Source of the DNA: Halomicrobium mukohataei DSM 12286
GTDB taxonomy: Archaea > Halobacteriota > Halobacteria > Halobacteriales > Haloarculaceae
Length of the DNA stretch: 32,000 nucleotides
NCBI RefSeq assembly: GCF_000023965.1
Contig: NC_013202.1
Coordinates: 2,160,001 to 2,192,000 of the forward strand
Direction: 5' to 3'
Part shown: in pieces, positions 8,057-15,780 of the stretch
Numbering within the stretch: the first letter of the stretch is position 1
Layout: each line of letters opens with the position of its first letter
Position numbers and translations under genes: made by a program
Notes under the pieces: model-generated
Databases searched by the model: none
What the model was told of the DNA's origin: nothing
Seen by the model: the letters and a program-made list of their open reading frames with translations, nothing else

Positions 8057-9087
8057 CCGACCTCCTCGGGATCGACGCCGAGGCCGTCGCCGTCCGGGAC
8101 GGCGATGCGGCCGTCGCTCACCGGGGCCGGATCGTCCGTCAGGTCGTCCGCGAGCGCGTCGGCGGTCGCGAGCCCGCAGGGGTCGACGGCCGGAATCGCG
8201 GCCGCGACGTGGACCGCCGCCGCCCGCGCGACGGCGGCGTCGATCGTCGTCGTCACCACCGGCTCGATACCCGACTCTCGGGCCCGCATCGCGATCGTGT
8301 GGGCGTTGCCGGGGCCGCCAAGCACCATCGGCTTGAGGATCACGGCGTCGACGTCGGCGGCCAGCACCTCGGCCGCCGTGTGCTCGCAAAAGCCCTCGTC
8401 GATGGCAACGCCGACGGCCTCGTTCCCGAGGGCTGCGTGGCCGTCGAGATCGGTGGCCGGCAGCGGCTGCTCGACGTAGGAGACGCCCAGCGGGGCGAAC
8501 GCCTCGAACGCCCGCCGGGCGCTGTCTCGGTCCCACGCGCCGTTGGCGTCGACTCTGATCGTCACGTCGTCTCCGACGGCAGCACGGACCGACCGCACGC
8601 GCTCGACGTCGTCTTCGACCGAGCGTACGCCGGCTTTCAGCTTCAGGCAGTCGAACCCGTCGTCGACTGCCGCTCTGGCCGCCCGCGTCGTCTCTGCGAC
8701 GCTCTCGTCGCCGACCGTCGCGTTCACCGGCACCGAACCGGTCTCGGCGTCCGGATCGAACCACCGAGCGAGGGCCACGCCGTCGGCGCGGGCGTCGGCG
8801 TCGAGCAACGCCGTCGCGATGCCGTGGCGCGCCGCCGGCACCGTCGCCGCGTCCAGTTCCAGCAACGCCGCGCTGTGGCCACGCTCCGCGTAGGTCTCCA
8901 GTGCCGTCGTCAGCGCCGCCTCACAGTCGTCGAGTGACTCCGTCCAGCCGGGCAACGGCGTCGCCTCGCCGACGCCGACCGCTCCGCGGTGCTCGAACCC
9001 GACGACGAATCCCTCTCGGGACTCGATCCGGCCGTGGGCAGTCGACAGCGGCGTCGCGAGCGGGAGCGTAAATCGGTTCAGTGTCAT
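8050..9087 (-). CDS. menC: o-Succinylbenzoate synthase (enolase superfamily)
   Basis: The enolase-superfamily barrel carries LKLKAG, IRVDANGAW and YVEQP motifs. The gene sits between menA and menE, and both junctions overlap (ATGA at 9084-9087, ATGGTGA at 8050-8056). Confidence 0.8.
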   Translation of the reverse strand: MTLNRFTLPLATPLSTAHGRIESREGFVVGFEHRGAVGVGEATPLPGWTESLDDCEAALTTALETYAERGHSAALLELDAATVPAARHGIATALLDADARADGVALARWFDPDAETGSVPVNATVGDESVAETTRAARAAVDDGFDCLKLKAGVRSVEDDVERVRSVRAAVGDDVTIRVDANGAWDRDSARRAFEAFAPLGVSYVEQPLPATDLDGHAALGNEAVGVAIDEGFCEHTAAEVLAADVDAVILKPMVLGGPGNAHTIAMRARESGIEPVVTTTIDAAVARAAAVHVAAAIPAVDPCGLATADALADDLTDDPAPVSDGRIAVPDGDGLGVDPEEVGW

Positions 9088-10034
9088 GCTGTCAGTGCGA
9101 GGCCGAGGGCGAACAGTACCGAGTGGGCGAACACCGTCTGGCCGACCCGTTCGAGGGCCGGATTGAGCGCCTCTCCGTCGGTGCGACGCAGGACCGTCTT
9201 CGACACGGAGACCGCAAGCGGCAGCGAGAGGAGCGGGGCCAGCGCCGGGAGACCGAACGCGCCGTCGAGAGCGAAGCCGATCGGGACGACGTAGGCCATC
9301 CCCACGAGCGCCAGGAACTCCAGTCGGCTGAAGCGGTAGCCGAACATGACGGCGAGCGTTCGCTTGCCGGCCTCGGCGTCGGTCTCGCGGTCGCGGACGT
9401 TGTTCACGACGAGGATCGCCGTCGAGAGGCCCGCGGCGGGGAGGCTGGCCACCACCGCCGTCGCGAGGCCGATCTCCGAGGGGAGCCACGTCGGGAACAG
9501 GCCGGCGTCGCTGGTGGCCACCGCCTGGACGTAGTAGGTACCGGTGACGGCCACGACGCCGAAGTAGACGAACACGAACAGGTCTCCCAGTCCGCGATAG
9601 CCGTAGGGGTAGGGCCCGCCGGTGTAGAGGATCCCGGCGGCGATGCTCGTCAGGCCGACGACGAGGATCGGCACGCCACCGACCGCGACGAGGTAGACGC
9701 CGACGACCACCGCGAATCCGTACGCGGCGGCCATCGCGTACTTGACCTGTTGGGCGGGGATGAGACCGCCCGCGGTCACTCGCGTAAAGCCCTCCCGGTC
9801 GTCCGTATCTGCGCCGTTGACCGCGTCGTAGTAGTCGTTCGCGAAGTTCGTCCCGATCTGGAGGAGCAACGCCCCCGCCAGCGCTGCCAGCCACGGAAGC
9901 GGCGCGAACACGCCGTCGTGGAGTGCCAGTCCGGCCCCGACGATCACGGGTGCCGAACCGGCCGGCAACGTCTGCGGGCGGGCGGCCATCACCCAGGCTC
10001 TCCGTTTGGACACGTCCGCCGTCGCCGTACTCAT
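9084..10034 (-). CDS. menA: 1,4-Dihydroxy-2-naphthoate polyprenyltransferase (UbiA family)
   Basis: The protein is polytopic, with the UbiA Asp-rich motifs NDYYDAVNGADTD and NNVRDRETD. I placed the start at ATG 10034 (MSTATADV). The upstream ORF extension is non-coding-like. Confidence 0.85.
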   Translation of the reverse strand: MSTATADVSKRRAWVMAARPQTLPAGSAPVIVGAGLALHDGVFAPLPWLAALAGALLLQIGTNFANDYYDAVNGADTDDREGFTRVTAGGLIPAQQVKYAMAAAYGFAVVVGVYLVAVGGVPILVVGLTSIAAGILYTGGPYPYGYRGLGDLFVFVYFGVVAVTGTYYVQAVATSDAGLFPTWLPSEIGLATAVVASLPAAGLSTAILVVNNVRDRETDAEAGKRTLAVMFGYRFSRLEFLALVGMAYVVPIGFALDGAFGLPALAPLLSLPLAVSVSKTVLRRTDGEALNPALERVGQTVFAHSVLFALGLALTA

Positions 10035-10246
10035 TGCTCCGTATTCGGGCTGGGAGGCCCAAAGCGACTGCGGTTCGCCCGGGTCGGGAGCGACACGATC
10101 GGACGCGGCGTCGCGGTGGGACGCCCCCGTGACACGGATGTCACCCGGTAACTGCAATGTCGCCAAATCGATATATGCGGCACCGGCGTAGCTGGTAACG
10201 TGATGAAAGTAGATAACTTCACGAAACGTCGATGCAGGGTGGTCGC

Positions 10247-10687
10247 ATGATCCCGCTTCAGTCGGAGCTCTTCGCCAGCGCCGGCAGTGGCGAGCTGTTC
10301 TTGCTCGCACGCCTCCTCTTTGGCGGCGTCCTCGCGTTCATGGGGATGAACCACTTCACGAACACGGCGGACATGGTCGGTTACGCCCAGTTCAAGGGCC
10401 TGCCGGCCCCGAAGCTCTCCGTCGTCGGTTCGGGCGGCCTGCTCCTGTTCGCGGGGGCGGGGATCGCCGTCGGCGCGTTCCCGGTGCTGTCGGGCTTCGC
10501 GCTCGGGCTGTTCTTGCTGCTGTCGGGCGTCGCGATGCACGACTTCTGGTCGATGGACGACCCCGAAGAACGGCAAAACGAGATGACGAGCTTCCTGAAG
10601 AACCTGTTCGGTGCCGGCGGCGCGTTCGCGTTCGCAGCCCTCGGTGCGATCGCCTGGCCCTACAGCGTCGGGCTGGCGCTGTTCTAG
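10247..10687 (+). CDS. DoxX-family small membrane protein
   Basis: There are four hydrophobic segments and a LLARLLFGGVLAFMGMNHF start typical of DoxX. The start is either ATG 10247 or ATG 10232. Confidence 0.7.
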   Translation: MIPLQSELFASAGSGELFLLARLLFGGVLAFMGMNHFTNTADMVGYAQFKGLPAPKLSVVGSGGLLLFAGAGIAVGAFPVLSGFALGLFLLLSGVAMHDFWSMDDPEERQNEMTSFLKNLFGAGGAFAFAALGAIAWPYSVGLALF

Positions 10688-10741
10688 ATCGCTGGCTCGC
10701 GTCGGGTGGCGAAATCGGTCACAGATGGACAGCCGACAGTA

Positions 10742-11698
10742 TCAGTAGTGCCAGGGATAGTCGTCGAAGTCCGGGTCCCGTCCCTCGTTGAACGCGTCCC
10801 GCCCCTCCTGGGCTTCGTCGGTCATGTACGCCAGCCGCGTCGCCTCACCGGCGAACACCTGCTGGCCGACCATCCCGTCGTCGGTCGCGTTAAAGCCGTA
10901 CTTCAGCATTCGCATCGCAGTCGGTGACTTACCGTTCATCCGTTCGGCCCACTCCAGTGCCGTCGCCTCCAGTTCCTCGTGGGGGACGGCCTCGTTGACC
11001 ATCCCCATGTCGGCCGCCTCCGCGGCGTCGTAGGTTTTCCCGAGGAAGAACACCTCGCGCGCCTTCTTCTGGCCGACCTGCTTGGCGAGATACGCCGAGC
11101 CGAAGCCGCCGTCGAAACTCCCCACGTCGGGATCCGTCTGGAGGAACTTCGCGTGGTCGGCGCTGGCGATGGTCATGTCACAGACGACGTGCAGCGAGTG
11201 GCCGCCGCCGACGGCCCACCCCGGGACGACGGCGACGACGGGTTTGGGGATGTGGCGAATCTGGCGCTGCACTTCGAGGATGTGGAGGCGGCCGACGTTG
11301 TCGGGTGCGTCCTCGCGAGACCCATCGAGCGAGGGCTCGTCGGTCGCGTCGCTGCCGACGGCGTCCTCGCTCCCGATATCTTCGTCCGCTTTGTACTCGT
11401 AGCCAGACTCACCACGGATCGACTGGTCGCCGCCCGAGCAGAACGCCCAGCCGCCGTCTTTGGGCGAGGGGCCATTGCCCGTCAAGAGGACACAGCCCAC
11501 GTCGGTCAGGCGCTTGGCGTGATCCAGCGCCGTCGAGAGTTCGTCGACCGTCTCTGGGCGGAAGGCGTTGCGCACCTCGGGGCGATCGAAGGCGATGCGA
11601 ACCGCGCCGGTCTCTCTCGCCCGGTGGTAGGTGATGTCCGAGAAGTCGTAGCGGTCGATCTCGGCCCACGCGTCGGGGTCGAACAACTCCGAAACCAT
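10742..11698 (-). CDS. menB: 1,4-Dihydroxy-2-naphthoyl-CoA synthase (crotonase fold) with an acidic haloarchaeal insertion
   Basis: FDRPEVRNAFRP, LTGNG...AFCSGGDQ, the C-terminal DPDFDDYPWHY and the overall length match MenB. I placed the start at ATG 11698 (MVSELF), with a TATA-like box 26-36 nt upstream. Confidence 0.9.
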   Translation of the reverse strand: MVSELFDPDAWAEIDRYDFSDITYHRARETGAVRIAFDRPEVRNAFRPETVDELSTALDHAKRLTDVGCVLLTGNGPSPKDGGWAFCSGGDQSIRGESGYEYKADEDIGSEDAVGSDATDEPSLDGSREDAPDNVGRLHILEVQRQIRHIPKPVVAVVPGWAVGGGHSLHVVCDMTIASADHAKFLQTDPDVGSFDGGFGSAYLAKQVGQKKAREVFFLGKTYDAAEAADMGMVNEAVPHEELEATALEWAERMNGKSPTAMRMLKYGFNATDDGMVGQQVFAGEATRLAYMTDEAQEGRDAFNEGRDPDFDDYPWHY

Positions 11699-11774
11699 GA
11701 CCCAACGTGCGGTTTGTCGACTTAAGTAGATAACGTGACTGCGGGAATGATTACTTCGATAGGTACTCACTCAC

Positions 11775-12650
11775 CTCTGAGTCATCAAGCCGAGTGAGTG
11801 CATTCGACAGAATTATATAGACCAAATATAGATCTATACTTACCAATTGAGCTGCGATGTTTCCAATAGTTGTTCACTTAATACACATTCAATGGTTATT
11901 ATTCTCTATTCAACAGTAAATTCCTCAGCAATTGCTTGAACTCTCCTCTCTTCATTGATACCGAAGTAAATAAATCTGTATGTACCTTTAATTATATTCT
12001 GACAAAGAGTCAGGCCATCCATACTATGTTTCATGCCTTCCCTGGATAGATTGAATTCCCATGTAAAACCACTGCCTGGCTTGTGAATCTTTTCTACACT
12101 TGTCCATAGAATTTGCTCTTTGGATTCGTAAATCGGATGCCACTCTGAGCCTATTTTCTTTTCTATTGTATATTTCCCATTATGCCCAGTTCCTTTCTCA
12201 GAATTGCTTATGTTTACGAGTGATATAGCTATATCATCTCCTAGGCTTACACTATCTCTGTTCGATTGAATTTGCAAACCATTGTGTTCTGAATACACAA
12301 CATTATCAACGCGCTCAAACCGGTCAACTTCCGAGCAGTTTGGAGTCCCATTATTGTCTGCGTTTGTACCTCGGTCAGTATCTTTGATTGGTGTATTGTC
12401 CCTCATACTCGGAGTATTATTTGTAGATATACATCCTGAAATAAGGACACTTCCTGTACAAATTTGGGCTACGAACTTCCTTCGGTCCATACCAAAGCCA
12501 ACACTCCAAATTCATATATATTTTCTTTATGCTCTACTATCAACAAAATGGCAGCCATGGTAATAGCTCGAAAGGGGTAGAGTAACTGACGTACTTATTT
12601 GATTTTATCTTCTCGGTGCTGGATGTTTGCCGAGTTTGGTTTCAGTTTAT
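11775..12650. other. AT-rich islet (visibly about one-third G+C against about two-thirds in the flanks), probably foreign DNA
   Basis: Composition shifts abruptly after the menB promoter and returns to high GC at the 65-nt repeats. The islet contains one ORF with non-halophilic codon and amino-acid usage. Confidence 0.6.
11906..12490 (-). CDS. Putative Tat-secreted lipoprotein of unknown function (low-GC gene)
   Basis: The N-terminus MDRRKFVAQICTGSVLISGC has a twin-arginine motif plus a lipobox Cys. The remainder is N/K/S/I-rich and beta-rich in appearance. It is the only long ORF in the islet. Confidence 0.6.
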   Translation of the reverse strand: MDRRKFVAQICTGSVLISGCISTNNTPSMRDNTPIKDTDRGTNADNNGTPNCSEVDRFERVDNVVYSEHNGLQIQSNRDSVSLGDDIAISLVNISNSEKGTGHNGKYTIEKKIGSEWHPIYESKEQILWTSVEKIHKPGSGFTWEFNLSREGMKHSMDGLTLCQNIIKGTYRFIYFGINEERRVQAIAEEFTVE

Positions 12651-12651
12651 A

Positions 12652-12716
12652 CTTCGTCGAACGAGTCGAATCGAAGATTCGCCGGCTCGATCCGGCTTAC
12701 TCAGCCGGATCGAACA
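12652..12716 (+). repeat. 65-nt direct repeat, copy 1 (intergenic)
   Basis: This copy is identical, base for base, to 12772-12836. It contains the 10-bp inverted repeat tcgatccggc/gccggatcga. Confidence 0.9.
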
Positions 12717-12771
12717 CCGATAGACTCACTCCGTTCGTCTATCCAGCACGACGAAGCTCCACTTCGTTACG

Positions 12772-12836
12772 CTTCGTCGAACGAGTCGAATCGAAGATTC
12801 GCCGGCTCGATCCGGCTTACTCAGCCGGATCGAACA
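12772..12836 (+). repeat. 65-nt direct repeat, copy 2 (covers the last 20 nt, including the stop, of the dehydratase gene)
   Basis: This copy is identical to 12652-12716. The stop codon of the minus-strand CDS (12817-12819) lies in the 7-nt loop of the 10-bp hairpin at 12807-12833. Confidence 0.9.
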
Positions 12837-14064
12837 GCGTCTCGCCGTCGACCATGTGTTCCTCGACGGCGTCCATGTCCAGCGTGAGGCCGAGGCCGGG
12901 CTCTTCGGGGATCTCGATGTAGCCGTTCTCGATGACGGACTCCTCGACCAGCTCCTCCCACCAGCCAAGCTCGTAGCTGTGGTACTCGACGGCCAGGGAG
13001 TTCGGGATGGCGGTGCCCACGTGGGCGCTCGCCATCGTCGCGATCGGGGAGGAGACGTTGTGCATCGCGACGGGGATGTAGTACTGGTTGGCCGCGTCGG
13101 CGATCTTCTGGGTCTCGCGCATGCCGCCGACCTTCGGGAGGTCGGGCGCGATGATGTCGACGGCCTGGTTCTCGATCAGGCGGCGTTCCTCGGTGACTCG
13201 ATAGCGGTTCTCACCGACGGTGATCGGCGTCTTCGTGGACTTGGTGACCTCTTCCTGAACTTCGAGGTTCTCCGGCGGGACGGGGTCTTCGAGCCACCAC
13301 ACGTCGTACTCCTCGATGGCGTCGGCCAGTCGCTTGCCGGAGCCACCGGAGAACGTCCAGTGGCAGTCGAAGGCCACGTCGGCCTCGTCTTTGACTTCCT
13401 CGGTGACCTTCTCGACGATCTCGGCCTTGTGGCGGATCTCGCCCGGCCGGAGGTGGCGGTTGGCGCGGTCTTTCTCCAGGCCGCTGGGCACGTCGAGGTC
13501 GAACTTCAGGGCGTCGTACCCGAGTTCGTCGACGACGCGGCGGGCCTCGTCGGCACAGGCGTCCGGGTCTGCCTCTTCCTCGGTGTGACAGTCACAGTAG
13601 ACGCGCACTTCGTCTCGGTACTTCCCGCCCAGCAGCTGGTACGCGGGCACTTCGAGGATCTTGCCGGCGAGGTCGTGCAGCGCGATCTCGATCCCGGCGA
13701 TGGCCGTGACGGTGATACCTTCGACGGAGCCCTCGCCGGACATCTTCTGAATGAGGTGCTCGTAGAGGCGGTCGATGTCCAGCGGGTTTTCGCCGATGAC
13801 GAAGGGCTTCATCCGTTCGATGAGCTCCGGCACGCCGGCTCCCCAGTAGGCCTCACCGGTGCCGACGACGCCCGCGTCGGTGTAGATACGCACGAGCGTC
13901 CACGGGAAGTTGCCGTCGACCATCGTCGTCTGAACGTCCGTGATCTCGACGTCACGGCCGCCGCCGCGTTTGGCGGTGACGCCCATCGTCTCGGCGGACA
14001 GCTCTCGCATCGTGTACTCCGCGTTCGGGTCGTGCAGATCCGCGTAATCGATGTCGTTTCCCAT
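12817..14064 (-). CDS. Enolase-superfamily sugar-acid dehydratase (gluconate/xylonate dehydratase-like)
   Basis: Mandelate racemase/muconate lactonizing family motifs are present: GVVGTGEAYWG, ALKFDLD, FDCHW, WWLEDP, VGENR and VAMHN. I placed the start at ATG 14064 (MGNDIDY), with a TATA-like CTTTTTAG ~30 nt upstream on the minus strand. The sugar-locus context with gdh suggests gluconate dehydratase. Confidence 0.8.
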   Translation of the reverse strand: MGNDIDYADLHDPNAEYTMRELSAETMGVTAKRGGGRDVEITDVQTTMVDGNFPWTLVRIYTDAGVVGTGEAYWGAGVPELIERMKPFVIGENPLDIDRLYEHLIQKMSGEGSVEGITVTAIAGIEIALHDLAGKILEVPAYQLLGGKYRDEVRVYCDCHTEEEADPDACADEARRVVDELGYDALKFDLDVPSGLEKDRANRHLRPGEIRHKAEIVEKVTEEVKDEADVAFDCHWTFSGGSGKRLADAIEEYDVWWLEDPVPPENLEVQEEVTKSTKTPITVGENRYRVTEERRLIENQAVDIIAPDLPKVGGMRETQKIADAANQYYIPVAMHNVSSPIATMASAHVGTAIPNSLAVEYHSYELGWWEELVEESVIENGYIEIPEEPGLGLTLDMDAVEEHMVDGETLFDPAE

Positions 14065-14245
14065 GTCCGAACGTTCCGACTGACCCCTAAAAAGATATTC
14101 CATCGAGTTTCCCCACCGTCCACGCCGACAGCCAGCTGAATTATCAGCACCTGAAATGGGACCGTACATCACTTTATACTCCACGATGTATGTGACACAA
14201 GACCATGTGTCGGGCCGAGGGAACCCTCTCGAAAACGTGTTACCC

Positions 14246-15721
14246 ATGATGAACGAACTCACTTCGAAACGGGGTGTTGCATTCGCCATCGGCGGACAGT
14301 TCTGTCACGCACTGTATCAGATACTCCTCGCCGCCGTCGCACCGAGCGGTCTGTACGTCCCACTGGCGGTGCTTGGCGTCGTCGCTGCCGGCGGGGGTGG
14401 CGTCTACTCCGTCCGGCAACTGTCCGGACGGCTGCACGATCTGACCGACGAGGTCGAGGCTCTCAGGGCCGAAACGGAGGCGATCGAATCACGCCGGTCG
14501 ACGCTCGAAGCGGAGCTACAGTCGATCCGAGACGAGCTCGAAACGGCTCGCTCCTCGCTTCCAGAGACCGCGGGCGAGGCGGCCGCTACGCCCGACGGCG
14601 GCGTCGCCGCACAGAACGCCGCGACGATCGAAGAACTGGACGATTACATCGCCCGCAGCTGCGAGATCCTCGACGCCGCCAGTGAGGGGCGGCTCGGACA
14701 GCGAATGGCGACGGATACGCCGTCGGACGCGCTGAACGAACTGGGGGTGGAGTACAACGAGATGGCCCAGACGTTCGAGCAGACGATCCGTGCCGGCGGC
14801 GACTTCGCCGGAGACGTGGCCGGCTCCAGCGAGCAGGTCACCGCGGCGACGCAGGCGGTCAAGGACGCGAGCAGCAACGTCGCGGAGTCGGTCCAGGAGA
14901 TCGCCGACGTATTCTACGAACAACACGAGCAGATCTCACAGATCAGCGACGAGATGGGCGAGATGTCGGCCACGATCGAGGAGATCGCGGCCTCCTCGAA
15001 CGAGGTCGCCGAGATGGCCGACAAGACCGAAAAGCGCACCGTCGAGGGGATCGAGTCCGGGCGCGAGGCCCGGGAAGCGATGGACGAGACCACGGAGCGA
15101 ACGGAGGACGTGGTCGAGTCGATCGAGGAGCTCAACGATCAGATGGACGAGGTCGGCCAGATCGTCGACCTCATCGACGACATCGCCGAGCAGACCAACA
15201 TCCTCGCACTGAACGCCTCGATCGAGGCCGCACACGCCTCTTCGGGAGCGAACAACAACGGGTTCGGCGTCGTCGCAGACGAGGTCAAGTCCCTGGCAGA
15301 ACAGACCAAAGACGCGACCAACCAGATCGAGAGCCTGATGGACGAGATTCAGGACCAGACCGAGCAGGCGGCCGACGAGATCCAGGCGATGCAGGGCTCC
15401 GTCGAGAAGGGGCGGACGACCGTCGAGCAGAACCTCGAATCGCTGGAGTCGATCATGGAGCACGTCCAGCGGACCTCCAGCGGCGTCAAGGAGATCAGCG
15501 ACGCGTCCGACGACCAGGCCGCCAGCTCGGAAGAGGTCGCGTCCATCGCCGACGACGCCGCCGAAACGTCCCGCGAGAACGTCGAAGAGGCCGAACACGT
15601 CGCCGCCGTCGCCGAAGAGCAGAACCTCGCGCTCGGCGAGATGTACGTCAACGTCAAGATGCTGTCCATGCGCTCTCAGCAGCTCTCGACGCTGTTCGAT
15701 CGCTACTCCATCGAGGAGTGA
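14246..15721 (+). CDS. Methyl-accepting chemotaxis protein / halobacterial transducer without an extracellular sensor domain
   Basis: The highly conserved signalling hairpin is EQTNILALNASIEAAHA...GFGVVADEVKSLAEQT. Two N-terminal hydrophobic segments are joined by a very short loop, followed by coiled-coil/HAMP-like sequence. I placed the start at ATG 14246, given the TATA-like TTTATA at 14173-14178. Confidence 0.8.
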   Translation: MMNELTSKRGVAFAIGGQFCHALYQILLAAVAPSGLYVPLAVLGVVAAGGGGVYSVRQLSGRLHDLTDEVEALRAETEAIESRRSTLEAELQSIRDELETARSSLPETAGEAAATPDGGVAAQNAATIEELDDYIARSCEILDAASEGRLGQRMATDTPSDALNELGVEYNEMAQTFEQTIRAGGDFAGDVAGSSEQVTAATQAVKDASSNVAESVQEIADVFYEQHEQISQISDEMGEMSATIEEIAASSNEVAEMADKTEKRTVEGIESGREAREAMDETTERTEDVVESIEELNDQMDEVGQIVDLIDDIAEQTNILALNASIEAAHASSGANNNGFGVVADEVKSLAEQTKDATNQIESLMDEIQDQTEQAADEIQAMQGSVEKGRTTVEQNLESLESIMEHVQRTSSGVKEISDASDDQAASSEEVASIADDAAETSRENVEEAEHVAAVAEEQNLALGEMYVNVKMLSMRSQQLSTLFDRYSIEE

Positions 15722-15750
15722 CGCCGGCCGCGTGACCCCGCCGCCATGGT

Positions 15751-15772
15751 TTTATTACAACGACCATTGTAA
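15751..15772 (+). promoter_or_regulatory. TATA-like box fused to the palindrome TTACAA-N6-TTGTAA (TTTACAAC-family box a)
   Basis: tttattacaacgaccattgtaa is followed 9 nt later by ATG 15781, a leaderless geometry. Confidence 0.45.
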
Positions 15773-15780
15773 ACTCGTTC

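Noticed and set aside
8057-8764. N-terminal extensions of the men ORFs in the track (menE to 8764, menC to 10062, menA to 10310, menB to 11770)
   Set aside because: The extensions are Arg/Gly/Pro-rich, run through the upstream gene or promoter, and are followed by internal ATGs that give family-typical N-termini and tidy ATGA/ATGGTGA overlaps.
11765-11782. ACTCA-N4/N8-TGAGT palindromes upstream of menB as a Halobacterium-type TrmB site (TACT-N7-8-GAGTA)
   Set aside because: The resemblance is partial and there is only one occurrence. It sits next to menaquinone genes rather than sugar genes, and at the islet border, where it is better explained as part of the border repeats.
12652-12836. Possible CRISPR array or rho-independent terminator pair
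   Set aside because: There are only two copies, the unit is 65 nt (too long for a CRISPR repeat), there is a single 55-nt spacer and there are no cas genes. No U-tract follows the hairpins, so a classic terminator is also unsupported. I kept it as an unexplained repeat.
14156-14245. ORF-track starts for the MCP (14156), the SBP (24981), the M24-like gene (18648), dacZ (4894), AIM24 (16889) and GH13 (19956)
   Set aside because: Several are non-ATG codons, or lie upstream of or within the TATA-like elements or the preceding gene. Downstream ATGs give family-typical N-termini (Tat signal, Rossmann start and so on) and leaderless spacing.
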